From positions 992,860 through 1,056,859 of the forward strand of contig OZ316893.1 of assembly GCA_973895155.1 (NCBI GenBank): a DNA stretch of 64,000 bases, in the 5' to 3' direction. This document shows, in pieces, positions 12,100 through 23,164 of this stretch. The notes below the pieces were generated by a model. That model saw only the letters and a program-made list of their open reading frames with translations, searched no databases and had not been told where the DNA came from. Each line of letters begins with the position of its first letter. The stretch's first letter is position 1. Origin of the DNA: Marsupella aquatica (Eukaryota > Plantae > Marchantiophyta). A program made the translations under genes and the position numbers.

Positions 12100-14970
12100 T
12101 CACCAGTAATCACCACAAGAACACGCTCCATCTTTAAAATGGTGGAAACGATTTGCATCCCTTGCAATAATTTCGCGTCCGGTCACCTTAGAGATATACT
12201 TGGTTGCTGAGTGGCAATCTGAACACACCCGAAGGTTCTTACTTACACGGATTGGTTCTCCCAAAGGTAGGTGCATAAGTCCGTAAACAATAGCCAACTT
12301 CTCACTATGAGAGCAGAGAGCTAGCTCTTTATCCTCCTCATTGATATCATGCAACACAAGCTGGGTATCTGGAATGTAGCCTTCAGCCTTCAGTTTTTCA
12401 CTCAATTTATTCAGCTCAGTATAGATCGCCTCCGCTTCTGGGTGAGATATATCCCCCACAACAAATTCATGGACCTTGTTATCAACTTCAATCCAGCTAC
12501 GGCCTGGCTCCTTCCGAACACCTCTCTCTTGCATCATAGTGCGCACAGATGACACCTTCTCCCAATTCCCAGCTGCAGCATAGATATTGGAGAGCAGCAC
12601 ATATGTAGAGGCCCTACTGGGTTTCAACTTGAAAAGCTCGTTAGCGGCCAGTTCGCCCAGCTCCATGTCACCGTAAGTTCTACAAGCCCCAAGCAAGGCT
12701 GTCCAAGTTACATCATCTGGTTCGATCGGCATCTCACTGATGAACTGCTTTGCTTCCTGCAAGTGTCCCGCCCGCCCAAGAATATCCACCATCAGGTTAT
12801 AGTGAACAACAGTAGGCTCGATACCATAATCTTGCGTCATAGCTGAAAAGATTCTGCGGCCATCATCAACAAGGCCTCCATGAGAACAGGCTGACAACAC
12901 AGCTATGAATGACGTCTCGATGGGCTTCACATGATCTGCATTCATTTTTCGGAAAAGTTCCAGGGCATCATGCCCATGTCCGTGTTGTGCAAGTCCACCG
13001 ATCATTATGTTCCATGTGATTACATCGCGTTTCACCAGTCTGTCGAAAACTTGTTGGGCGTCATCTATACTGCCACTCTTTGCATACATGTGAACGAGTG
13101 CACTGCCCACACGCAAATCCGACTCTAGTCCGGCTTTGCTAGCGTGTTCATGAACCTCCTTCACCCACTCCAGAGCCCCCGCACTTGCAGGTGCATTCAG
13201 AATACTTGAATAAGTGAATGCATCTGGTTCAAAGCCTTCCCGTCTCATTTGGAGGAAAAATCGATATGCTTCATGCCCATATCCATGTTGTGCAAGTCCT
13301 CCTATCATTAGATTCCACGTGATTACATCGCGTTTGTCCATTCTGTCGAAAACCAGTCGAGCACGATCTATACTGCCACTCTTTGTATAAAAATGAACGA
13401 GTGCACTGCCCACACGCAAATCCGACTCCAGTCCGGCTTTGCTAGCGTGGCCATGAATCTCCTTCACCCACTCCAAAGCCCCCGCACTTGCAGATGCATT
13501 CAGGATGCTTGCGAAAGTGAACGCATCTGGTTCTAAACCTTCACGTCTCATTTGGAGAAACAGTCGATATGGTTCCGCACCAGGACCATGTTCTGCGTAT
13601 GCTCCAATCATAACATTCCATGTGATGAGATTTCGATTGGTCAAATTTTCAAAAACATTCCTTGCCTCGGTGATGCACCCACATTTTGCGTACATCAGTA
13701 CAAGGGCAGTCCCTACACGCACGTCCGACTCAAAGCCGACCTGTCGAATACGCTCATGCATTTCTTTTCCGTATGGTAGAGCTAATGGGCTCGTACATCC
13801 TTTCAGGATGGTTAGATATGTGACCTCATTAGGCTGCACGCCCTCTTGGCGCATTTGATTGAAAAGTTCGAATGCAGACTGAAGATGATCACTCTGAATA
13901 TATCCTGCAATCATGTTGGTCCAAGTAATAACATTCTTCTCCTCAAGTTGATAAAATGCTCGGCGTGCATCCAACAATGCCCCACATTTAATATACACAT
14001 TCAGGAGGGTTACAGCCACATATTGATTCTTATCCATTCCACTCTGGATGATGTGACATTGCACCTGCTTCGCCGCTAAAAGGTCCTTTTGTTTTGAGCA
14101 CATCTGCAGAATTTTAACATATGTGTACGAGTTTATACTAATGCCTCGTTGTAGACGATTCTGCAACACAGCAATTGCTTGACTCGTGGTCTTCGCGCTA
14201 TGCATGTCGATATTGCCATTCCGTTGTGCACTGTTTCGAGACCAATCTCTGCTGCCACAATTGGAAAGAGAAGGCAATCCGCCTTGACCAATCAATTCAA
14301 GCCCTGCCTCCCTCCAATTTACTTTCCCGAGCAGCTCCTCGGTTATCAGGTGTTGCCTTCCTAAATTCTCAGTCACCCTTTCTTCACAGATAGCTGAAGA
14401 TTGTTCCCTTTCCTCCCTGGATAGAGGTTCCGGCTCTCGAATCTCTTGTACGCCGTTCGCTATTCTACATCTGGCTAATTTCGCTTTTGTGTCACCTGTT
14501 CGTTCGAGTTGCACTTTCAAGCTGTCAGTGTTCTGTTGACGGGATTCAATCCCACCAACGAAGTTATGTGAAAGGTTCCGATTCTGCTGGATCATCTTTG
14601 CGGCTTCCCTCCGCTTGGCAGCTTCTGGGCGAGTTTGAGTGGATGGGGCCTCCAGCTGTGCTACATGGTTGTCATGCCCAATTACACTTCGAATACCAGC
14701 GCGGGCCTCAGCTTCCCCTCTGTATTCAGGCTGTGCTGATTCCCTCCCGCATAGCTCGGCATCCTTCTTCTGAAGCCTCCACTGATCACCAAGTGCGTCG
14801 AGCTCCTGCGGCACCCGCTGTAGGCACGGGTTGTTAGTTTTTGCCACACCAAACATCTGCCGGATGTTTGGTGCACGAGATTGCAATCTTCCTTGAGTAA
14901 TCAACTTGAGCCTTGCCTTCACCCATGCTGTAGTAGAGCAGCTATCCACCCAAAGTGCTTTCCTTGTCAT
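12100..14970 (-). CDS. PLS-class PPR protein with E and DYW domains (copy 1), with extended N-terminus
   Basis: Intronless ORF. Start placed at MTRKALW (14970) by homology to copies 2 and 3. PLS repeats, PG box (KEPGRSWIE), HSEKLA, CSDCH and terminal CSCGDYW are present. Confidence 0.93.
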   Translation of the reverse strand: MTRKALWVDSCSTTAWVKARLKLITQGRLQSRAPNIRQMFGVAKTNNPCLQRVPQELDALGDQWRLQKKDAELCGRESAQPEYRGEAEARAGIRSVIGHDNHVAQLEAPSTQTRPEAAKRREAAKMIQQNRNLSHNFVGGIESRQQNTDSLKVQLERTGDTKAKLARCRIANGVQEIREPEPLSREEREQSSAICEERVTENLGRQHLITEELLGKVNWREAGLELIGQGGLPSLSNCGSRDWSRNSAQRNGNIDMHSAKTTSQAIAVLQNRLQRGISINSYTYVKILQMCSKQKDLLAAKQVQCHIIQSGMDKNQYVAVTLLNVYIKCGALLDARRAFYQLEEKNVITWTNMIAGYIQSDHLQSAFELFNQMRQEGVQPNEVTYLTILKGCTSPLALPYGKEMHERIRQVGFESDVRVGTALVLMYAKCGCITEARNVFENLTNRNLITWNVMIGAYAEHGPGAEPYRLFLQMRREGLEPDAFTFASILNASASAGALEWVKEIHGHASKAGLESDLRVGSALVHFYTKSGSIDRARLVFDRMDKRDVITWNLMIGGLAQHGYGHEAYRFFLQMRREGFEPDAFTYSSILNAPASAGALEWVKEVHEHASKAGLESDLRVGSALVHMYAKSGSIDDAQQVFDRLVKRDVITWNIMIGGLAQHGHGHDALELFRKMNADHVKPIETSFIAVLSACSHGGLVDDGRRIFSAMTQDYGIEPTVVHYNLMVDILGRAGHLQEAKQFISEMPIEPDDVTWTALLGACRTYGDMELGELAANELFKLKPSRASTYVLLSNIYAAAGNWEKVSSVRTMMQERGVRKEPGRSWIEVDNKVHEFVVGDISHPEAEAIYTELNKLSEKLKAEGYIPDTQLVLHDINEEDKELALCSHSEKLAIVYGLMHLPLGEPIRVSKNLRVCSDCHSATKYISKVTGREIIARDANRFHHFKDGACSCGDYW

Positions 14971-15436
14971 CTTATGATAAACCTCAGGTGTTCTCGGCTT
15001 CCTCTGTGGGCACCACAACCCACGATCAGATCGACCAGCACAAAATGCAAGCCACTCCACGAGGGTGCAATGAATTGCTTTTGTTTTCATTTCTGAAGTC
15101 TACACCATATTTTTCTGCAATAAAACGCTAACAACAAGATAGCACCCCTGAAAGTCCCTGATTCTAGGGCTAGGACCCTACCTCCGTCCAAAGATGTATT
15201 TTCTTGTCTCCCTTGCTCTGTTGTTATATTTGGTACGGAAAACGTGCAAAAGTAAAATAACTCGATTTCAATTGAGAGTAATGGCGATCTGTCAAGAATA
15301 CAATGGTCTTAGGATAAAATACCCAAAAAATTGTGAAGAGGCATGTCCAGCTAGCTAAACGAATCGATATGCTCATTCACACTCCAGTACACTTTGCAGT
15401 CCTGGGTGCAGGGGAATCATCGCTTCGCAACTCGGG

Positions 15437-15958
15437 TGATCACTGGGTCAACGATGCCAGCCTTGGTCATATCCACATACACCTGAGGGTGTCAAAAGGA
15501 AATACGACAACAAATCCACTGATAGGCATCATAGAAGAGTTGACTCGTCCACATCAAACCAAGGTAGGCAGAACTCCCCAAAAAACACAATCAGTGAGAA
15601 TGTATGTTGAGCTCTTTTCTAAAGGTTTTCCCTTCTGTACGATTCCGCCTGTCTGTATAAGAGTCCTTTTCCCAAGGCTTTTGCATGGTTTGCACAACTC
15701 AAATTACGCCAGAATTTGTGTTACAATCACAAATAATTATGGTGAAAGCCGAATCCTTCTAAATTTACACCAACCACGCCGCTTGAAAGGGGCACAACTA
15801 ATTCATCCACATAAAAAAATCATTTGTAGTGAGAGATAGAAAAGTCAGACACCTCTTGCCGCATGGTATCCAATACCTATGCTCTGCCAGTCCAGAAGCT
15901 TGCCCACCACAACTGCTCCTTCCACTCCAGCATTTTCTGCTACGATGTAGGCAGGCAT
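15437..15958 (-). pseudogene. Fragment of a chaperonin-60 (HSP60/GroEL-type) gene: two exons plus intron
   Basis: 15958-15853 reads MPAYIVAENAGVEGAVVVGKLLDWQSIGIGYHAAR, flanked by AG and GT. After an intron, ~15480-15437 reads YVDMTKAGIVDPV. Both match the cpn60 C-terminal region. The exon junction is frameshifted. Confidence 0.8.
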
Positions 15959-16025
15959 CTGTCTAAATCATTTCACAAGTGTTACTAACACACTATAGCA
16001 AGCCTAAATCAAAGGCTGTCATGCT

Positions 16026-17823
16026 CCGGGTCATTGAAACTTACAACTTTTGGACTTAACATCTCAAATAAAGTAAGGAGATACATAGTCTCGGTCAAGC
16101 TTCATGCTCTCCATAACTTCTATTTCGTTGCAAGATTGTTTCCGTCCTCCAACATCTCATTCATCCATACTTAAAAGGAGAAAGAACAATGGGAAATCCA
16201 GTGAGGTGTAAATAGGAGGACCAGGATCCGTAGGCAACTTTGCGAAGGCCTTTGCCACCGTCACACCATCCCTATTAACTTTACAATAACCAAAACTTTG
16301 CACTGTAACCACACATCGACCTTGGAAAAGAGTTACAGATTCACAAAGCAATGAGTGACTGGTTCAAGGTTGTCACGCACCTACGACACACCTGGACATA
16401 ATTTTATAAGGGGGCGGACAATAATTACGTTAAGCAGCTGTGTCCTCTATACCTTTGGGCCCATGGTAACCTTCTCAGCATCCGGTAATTCCTCAACACC
16501 TTGGACTGTAAGAGCCCTCGCCTCGCCTCGACTCCAAACCTGGTATCCTTCGATGCATAATTCTGCAATGTCAACTCCCAATCAGACCAACACAAGAGCA
16601 TCTGTCTGCTAATTGCGTTGAGGAAAACGCTCGGGGTCAACTGCTACGATCTCAAACATAGTACAAATGGACGGAAATTTACAATTCACCTCCAACGCTG
16701 TAACTCGAGAGTATGAGGTAGTGAACACCAATTCTTCACATGCTTCCTAGTTAGTACAATACGACTATGTGTGCCAGCGACTCTACAATCTGCTCGACGG
16801 ATAAAAGCTACCGGTAATGGACGGAATCTTCGGAACTCGGGAACTGAATAATCGAATCTATCCAGGACCCATTCAGCAGTGAACTATTCGGACAGGAGGG
16901 TCCTTAGTGCACATAGATACTGGAGTAACCTTCCACTTCCAATCGCACTGTTGAACGAATCGAGAATTCATCTATACACACATGTGCTCGCTGTCACCCA
17001 CGGCAAAGCCAGAGGATCTTGCTTGAAACACTACCTCACGATGTTTAAAATCATTCTTCTCTGCCCCGGGTGACTCTTCAGAGCCCTGACAATATTTGAT
17101 AGTCAAGCCTACTACGATTACCGCCTTATTAGTACGCTAGAAGGGAACCTCATACTAACGTGTTGAAGAGCAAATCTTCTGCAAGATGAAGCGGGCCGAG
17201 GAAGCGGTCAGCAACTAAGCTGGAGAATCGGATACCCTAGCTGTAAAACACTTCTTCCGGGGTGATCGCTAAACCAGGGAACGTTCACAAACACGTCCTA
17301 AAGTATCCCCATATTGTCACCAATCCTCACTTCCTTATAGAAGACAGCGATTTCTCCGTGGATTATTTGGTGCACAGTGACACGATGGGAAGAAATACTG
17401 AAGAAGCTAGATATGTTTTCAAGGCCTAACTCTGTAAATCCTTGCTCCAAGTTCGCAAATCAAGTCAAAGCTCCCATTTAGCAAATCCATCTTATTCCAC
17501 TACGTACCATGACCGAAATCTGATGCCCTAAACAGATGACCAGTATCTCCCATGCACTACTGTGTCTCAAAATACAGATCCCGGCACATACACAAACCTC
17601 AGGAAAAGATCAAATCCGGGACCTGATCTCCTCTTCCGCTTACTACGACCGTGTCGCAGCAGGGATTCCAAAGACGAAGACAGAAGAAAATGAACCAAGA
17701 GAATGGGTGAATAATAGATTGACAGCCAAGAATAGAAGCGCAAAAGAAGAAAACCCACCTTGAAGCTGTCGCCGGCTCTGCATTGTCGCTGCCCGCTCAC
17801 TGCTCGTACCATGAATTGAGTAT
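16026..17823 (-). repeat. Left arm of ~1.8-kb inverted duplication (contains a decayed multi-exon gene)
   Basis: Reverse-complement match to 19658-21498. ORFs 16355-16612(+) and 20912-21169(-) give identical translations. Confidence 0.9.
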
Positions 17824-17927
17824 AATTTCCAGCTTTCAGCTCGACTTGTGAGCAGTTTTTTTCCCATTTTGATATGAATTACCAGAATGCATCATTGCTC
17901 GCTCTTGGGTGTGCTCAGCCTGCTTCA

Positions 17928-18140
17928 ACTGACTTTGCACCATGAAAATTTGAGATTCCCCTAGCTACAATTTAAAATTTGAGATTCTGCTAGCTACAAT
18001 TCAACAGCTTGAGAATAGAGAGCGAAGTCAAGAGCTGACTTTGCACAATGAAAAATTGAGATTCTAGTAGCTACAATTCAAAATTTGAGATTCTGCTAGC
18101 TACACTTCAACAGCTTGAGCATAGAGAGCTAAGTCAAGAG
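17928..18140. repeat. Nested tandem repeats (~106-bp unit containing tgagattc..tagctacaattc subunits)
   Basis: ctgactttgcac..atgaaaa..tgagattc..tagctacaatt occurs twice, each with an internal ~26-bp duplication. Confidence 0.65.
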
Positions 18141-19657
18141 GTACTGATTAATTTTAGTTCCTAGAAAGTTCTGGAATGTACTAATGTTTAAGGCAATTAC
18201 TGTTTTGGAGACTATTTTGAATCTGTTTCAATTGTTCAATTACATTGTTGATTGTGCATAATGTACAAGTGTTATGGGGAATTGCATAGTAGAGCCAAGA
18301 ATGGACCAAAAACATCAAGAAAAGATTCCGGACAGCGGGCGAGGGCGGGCAGGGACGGGTTCACCCTAGGCGACCAACTCCTTCAGTTGGGGCAAAAGAG
18401 GTTGGGTAAAGATTTGTTGAGGGAAATATATCCCTACCCATCCCATGCAAACATGTGGCATGATTTTGGCAGTTGGATGATTATGAGTTAGCAATAGGTG
18501 ATTAATTTAACTATTGCTAACATTGGTGGCATTAGAGTAATAATCTAAAAGTATGGCAAGAGAGTACTTTTCCTCAAAAAGGTGACAAAGTAGTAAATCT
18601 CACTTTTGATGATATCTTCTAGTATCTAATCCTACCTTACATGCCACGTATCAAGATAGAAAGTTTGGTTTGGAGTTCTGTATGTACAAGCCCAGTGCGT
18701 TGCACTATTGTCATTGTGGCCATTTCATTGTTGTGATCATTTTATCATTGTGGCCATTGTGTCATTTGGTTAATGTGGTTGTTGCAAAAGAAAATTAGGA
18801 TATAGGGTCAATGTAACCTATAAACTTCTTCGTAGAGAAAGAGTAGAAAAATAAGAATTGTGTTCCTCCTTTAGTTGGACTTTAAATTCCTTTTCATTAT
18901 TTTATTATTGAAATTTTTAAATGCAATGTGGGCCTACTTAGATTTTCATTTCAGCCCCACCTACCCATGATAGCAAAATATCAACTCAACTGTCAATGTC
19001 AAATGACCTTTAGATTGTATTCTTTTTATGGATATTAATGCATGATGGATATTAGTGCATGAGTCTAGGTGTGTATGGAGGCGCTATGCCCCAAGCTAGG
19101 ATTTGCTTTGTAGTGTGCTTTTCACCAGATCTCATGACTGGGAAAATTTAAAGGTTAAATCCAACATATATAATGAGTTCTCTCCAAAGTGCATTTACTA
19201 AGCAGAAGAAGATGGAAAGAAAAGGCTGGAGATAGATAGACGATGAAAATAAAGGCTGGATTGAATATTATAGAGTGCAGATAGATTGTATATTTATTAG
19301 ATAGATAGAAGATCAAAAACAAAGGCTGGATTGTATATTATAGAGTGTAGATAGATAGAAGGGGAAACAAAAGGTTGGATAGAGGAAAAAGAGAGGTCTC
19401 CAAATTTTCACCAGGATCGCTATTGGTAAATTCCCAACCTTCCCCTAAGTGCGTAGATTTGAAGCTTACACCCCGAGCTTCAATCGCTTTGGAAAAGGTT
19501 GAGGATTTTGCGGCGTGGCCTAATAGTTGAATTGTGAGAGGGCGAGACGAAGAGAAGAGCTTCACAAAGTTTGCGTATGCCAAAGCGGAGTAAGTGTCAT
19601 TCAGCCTGTCGGCCGAGATAAGTTTGTTCCTGGTTGTGCAGCTTTGCACTAGTGCTT

Positions 19658-21498
19658 CATACTCAATTGATGGTACGAGCACTCAGCGGGCAGCGACAAT
19701 GCAGAGCCGGCGAAACCTTTGTGAGTACTGCAAGGTGTGTTTTCTTCGGTTGCTCCTCTATTCTTGGCTGTCAGTCTAATCTTCGTCCCATCCCGTACTG
19801 CATTTTTTTTTCTTCGTGTTTGGAATCCCTGCTGCGACAAGTTCTTAGTAAGCGGAAGAGGTGATCAGGTCCCGGGTTTATCTTTTCCTGAGGTTTGTGT
19901 ATGAGCCGGGATCTGTCTTTTGGGACACAGTAGTGTATGGGAGATGCCGGGCAACTATTTGGGTCACGAGATGTCGGTATGGTACGTAGTGGAATAAGAT
20001 GGATTTTTGCTAACTGGGAACTTTGATTTGATTTAATTTGCGAACTGGGAGCTTGGATTTACAGAGTTATGGTTCAGGGTTTAAGCCATTGAAAACATAT
20101 TTAGCTTCTTCATTGTTCTTCCCCGCGTGTCAGTCTGTGCACCAAATAATCCACGGAGAAATCGCTGCCTCCTATAAGGCAGAGAGGATTGGTGGCAATA
20201 ATATGTGGATAGTTTAGTACGTGTTTGTGAACGTTCGCTAGTTTAGCGATCACCCGGGAAGGTCTTTTTATGGCGAGAGTATCCGACTCTCCAACCTAGT
20301 TTGCTAATTCCTACCTCGGCCCGCTTCATCTTGCAGAAGATTTGCTCTTCAACAAGTGAGTGTGGAGTTCACCTTGTAGTATACTAATAAGGCCCTAATC
20401 GTAGTAGCGTGACTATCGAATAATTTCAGGGCTCCGAAGAGTCGCCCGGGGCAGAGAAGAATGATTTAAAACATCGTGAGACAGTGTTTTAAAATCTAAG
20501 CAAGACCCTTTGGCTTCGCCGTGGGTAACAGCGAGCACAGTTGTGTGTAGATGAATTCTCAATTCGTTCAACAGTGCGATAGGAAATGGAAGGTTACTCC
20601 AGTTTATATGCGCACTAAGGACCCACTTGTCCGAATCTTTAACTGCTGAATTGCTCCTGGATAGATTCGATTATTCAGTTCCCTAGTTCCGAAGATTTCG
20701 TCCACTGCCGGTAGATTTTGTCCATCGAGCCCCATTGTAGAGTCGCTGGCAGACATATTCGAATCTGTACTAACTAGGTAGCATGTGAAGAAGTAGTGTT
20801 CACCACCTCCTACTCTGGAATTACAGCGTTTGAGGTGAATTGTAAATTTTCGTCCATTTGTACTATGTTTGAGATCGTAGCAGTTGACCCCGAGCGTTTT
20901 CCTCAACGCAATTAGCAGACAGATGCTCTTGTGTTGGTCTGATTGGGAGTTGACATTGCAGAATTATGCATCGAAGGATACCAGGTTTGGAGTCGAGGCG
21001 AGGCGAGGGCTCTTACAGTCCAAGGTGTTGAGGAATTACCGGATGCTGAGAAGGTTACCATGGGCCCAAAGGTATAGAGGACACAGCTGCTTAACGTAAT
21101 TATTGTCCGCCCCCTTATAAAATTATGTCCAGGTGTGTCGTAGGTGCGTGACAACCTTGAACCAGTCACTCATTGCTTTGTGAATCTGTAACTCTTTTCC
21201 AAGGTCGATGTGGGGTTACAGAGCAAGGTTTTGGTTATCGTAAAGTTCATTGGGATGGTGTGACGGTGGCAAAGGCCTTCGCAAAGTTGCCTACGGATCC
21301 TGGTCCTCCTATTTACACCTCACTGGAATTCCCATAGTTCTTTCATCTTTTAAGTATGGATGAATGCGATGTTGGAGGACGGAAACAATCTTGCCACGAA
21401 CTAGAAGGTGTGGACGGCATGAAGCTTGACCGAGGCAACATATCTCCTTACTTTATTTGAGATGTTAAGTCCAAAAGCTGTAACTTTCAATGACCCGG
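19658..21498 (+). repeat. Right arm of ~1.8-kb inverted duplication (pseudogenic multi-exon gene)
   Basis: AG/GT-flanked exon-like blocks are conserved in both arms, e.g. AIGNGRLLQFICALRTHLSE..RFDYSVP*FRRFRPLP and NYASKDTRFGVEARRGLLQSKVLRNYRMLRRLPWAQR. Confidence 0.85.
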
Positions 21499-21529
21499 TT
21501 TATGCCAGCCTTTGATTTTTCGTGTCGTA

Positions 21530-22936
21530 TGCAGAACAAATTGGTCCGAAAGGGCTCTTTCTTGGAGGGCGATAAACAAGAGCACTTGCGGCAAAGTTTT
21601 TTAGAGGGAAATGTGCAGGTATGGCGGTAGTTGCTGTGGGATTTGAAAGGAAGAATGTCTCACACTTTTTCCTTTCAAGCTTATAGTTTTGATTCTCAAG
21701 TTTGGATGGCAAAGCTGGGATTAATCCTTTAAAATGTACAGCAGTCCTAATTCTTAATGCAGGAGGAAGTGATGCTGGAGAAGATACTTGCAGTTGCTAT
21801 GCTTCTAGGGGTACCTTCACCTGTTACATTGAGTTCAGATTCCTCTGCCCGGGTAAGGTTCCCCAACAGAGCCTTCGCCTGGTGAAATTTCCCTCTTTAG
21901 TAGAAGGGGAATGAAAAGTGAGACTTGAAATTTGAGGGCTCTTCAAGATTGCACTGCTTAGACTGATTTGAACGTTTGTCAAACAGGCAAGATAATATTT
22001 CTCACAGCTGTACTATTAAGCACTCCATTCCCAGCACGGGAACGGAACTGACTCGATGGAAGTTTTGGATATGGACCGTTTTGGGCGACACTCCACAGCC
22101 AGGTATGATTCATTTCGTATGGATGTCGTTTTGTTGGATTATGATGTGACCGAACGACCTTGAATACATTCTCAACAAATACGTTTGATTTGCAGAGTTC
22201 ATCCTTCATCTTCCGGTTTGATTGGTATTGGCACCAGCCATTCTTCTTGTACAAGGCCGTCAGGTAATAAGACTGAAGGGTGATTTCAACGTCGTGAGGA
22301 CTACTTTTAACCAAAAATTCGTGCTCAAGCACCTCAGTGTGACATTTATAGTTGCATGAATTTCCTGCTGTGCTATGAGACTGATGTGATGAAGACTTGA
22401 ATCTCAAGTACTATTCGTTTTCATCTCCAGGGGACACAGAGAAGGTGGGGCTGTCTCAGTTCTTGTCATACGTGTCTACTCTACTCTCAGAGGATTCTAT
22501 AGAGCCAATCTACAATATGCCGGATAGGCTTTATTTCAAGTGTAGTCTCTCATTAAAGACCTGAGATCTTTCAGCTAGGTTATGATTAGATAGTGTAGGC
22601 AACTTACAAATGAACGCCTGTGAACGTGCCCTTAGAAAACGAATGATACCATGTGACTGCTTCATGAAGTTAGTTAGTGCCAATTCGATAACCTCTCGAC
22701 TCTGTCCTTTCTATGGTTACAGTGAAATACCGGAGTACGAACGAGCGTATTAATACTTGAGCTAACTGGATATGCCTCTCACAATTGTTTTAGTATTCTA
22801 TACTCAAAGATCTTTGCACTGTTTACAGATAGCCGTCACTCTCAATTGAAAAGGAGTCATGTAACTTTTGCACGTTATCGGTACCAAATATCACAGCAGA
22901 GCAAGGGAGACAAGAAAATACATCGTTGGATGGAGG
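21530..22936 (+). pseudogene. Series of spliced exon-like blocks upstream of PPR copy 2 (decayed gene or 5' UTR exons)
   Basis: AG/GT-bounded blocks (about 21536-21618, 21763-21852, 21987-22101, 22196-22263, 22829-22935) are conserved in inverted orientation at 34110-35480 upstream of copy 3. They contain in-frame stops. Confidence 0.5.
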
Positions 22937-23164
22937 TAGGCATGCATCCTAGCCGTAGGACTCAAGAGACTAACCGAACTGCTAACTAATCTGAACATTT
23001 CATTGTAGAACATCGTAGTGAAATATTGCTCAAGAAATAAGTACAAATTCATTGCCCCGTTATATCTCCTGGATTTTATCCTGGTATCAGTCAGGCTGTC
23101 CAGATCTGATCGTGGGTTGTGCTGCTGACAGAGGAAGCCCAGGGGACCTGAGTTCAATCATAAG

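Noticed and set aside
14971-15090. Upstream ATG giving a 996-aa PPR protein
   Set aside because: The paralogs start at the MT..ALWVD methionine, so 14970 is the more likely start.
16355-16612. Identical 85-aa ORFs in both inverted-repeat arms as a conserved small protein
   Set aside because: The identity covers the whole DNA tract and the splice signals indicate the opposite strand; better explained by conversion.
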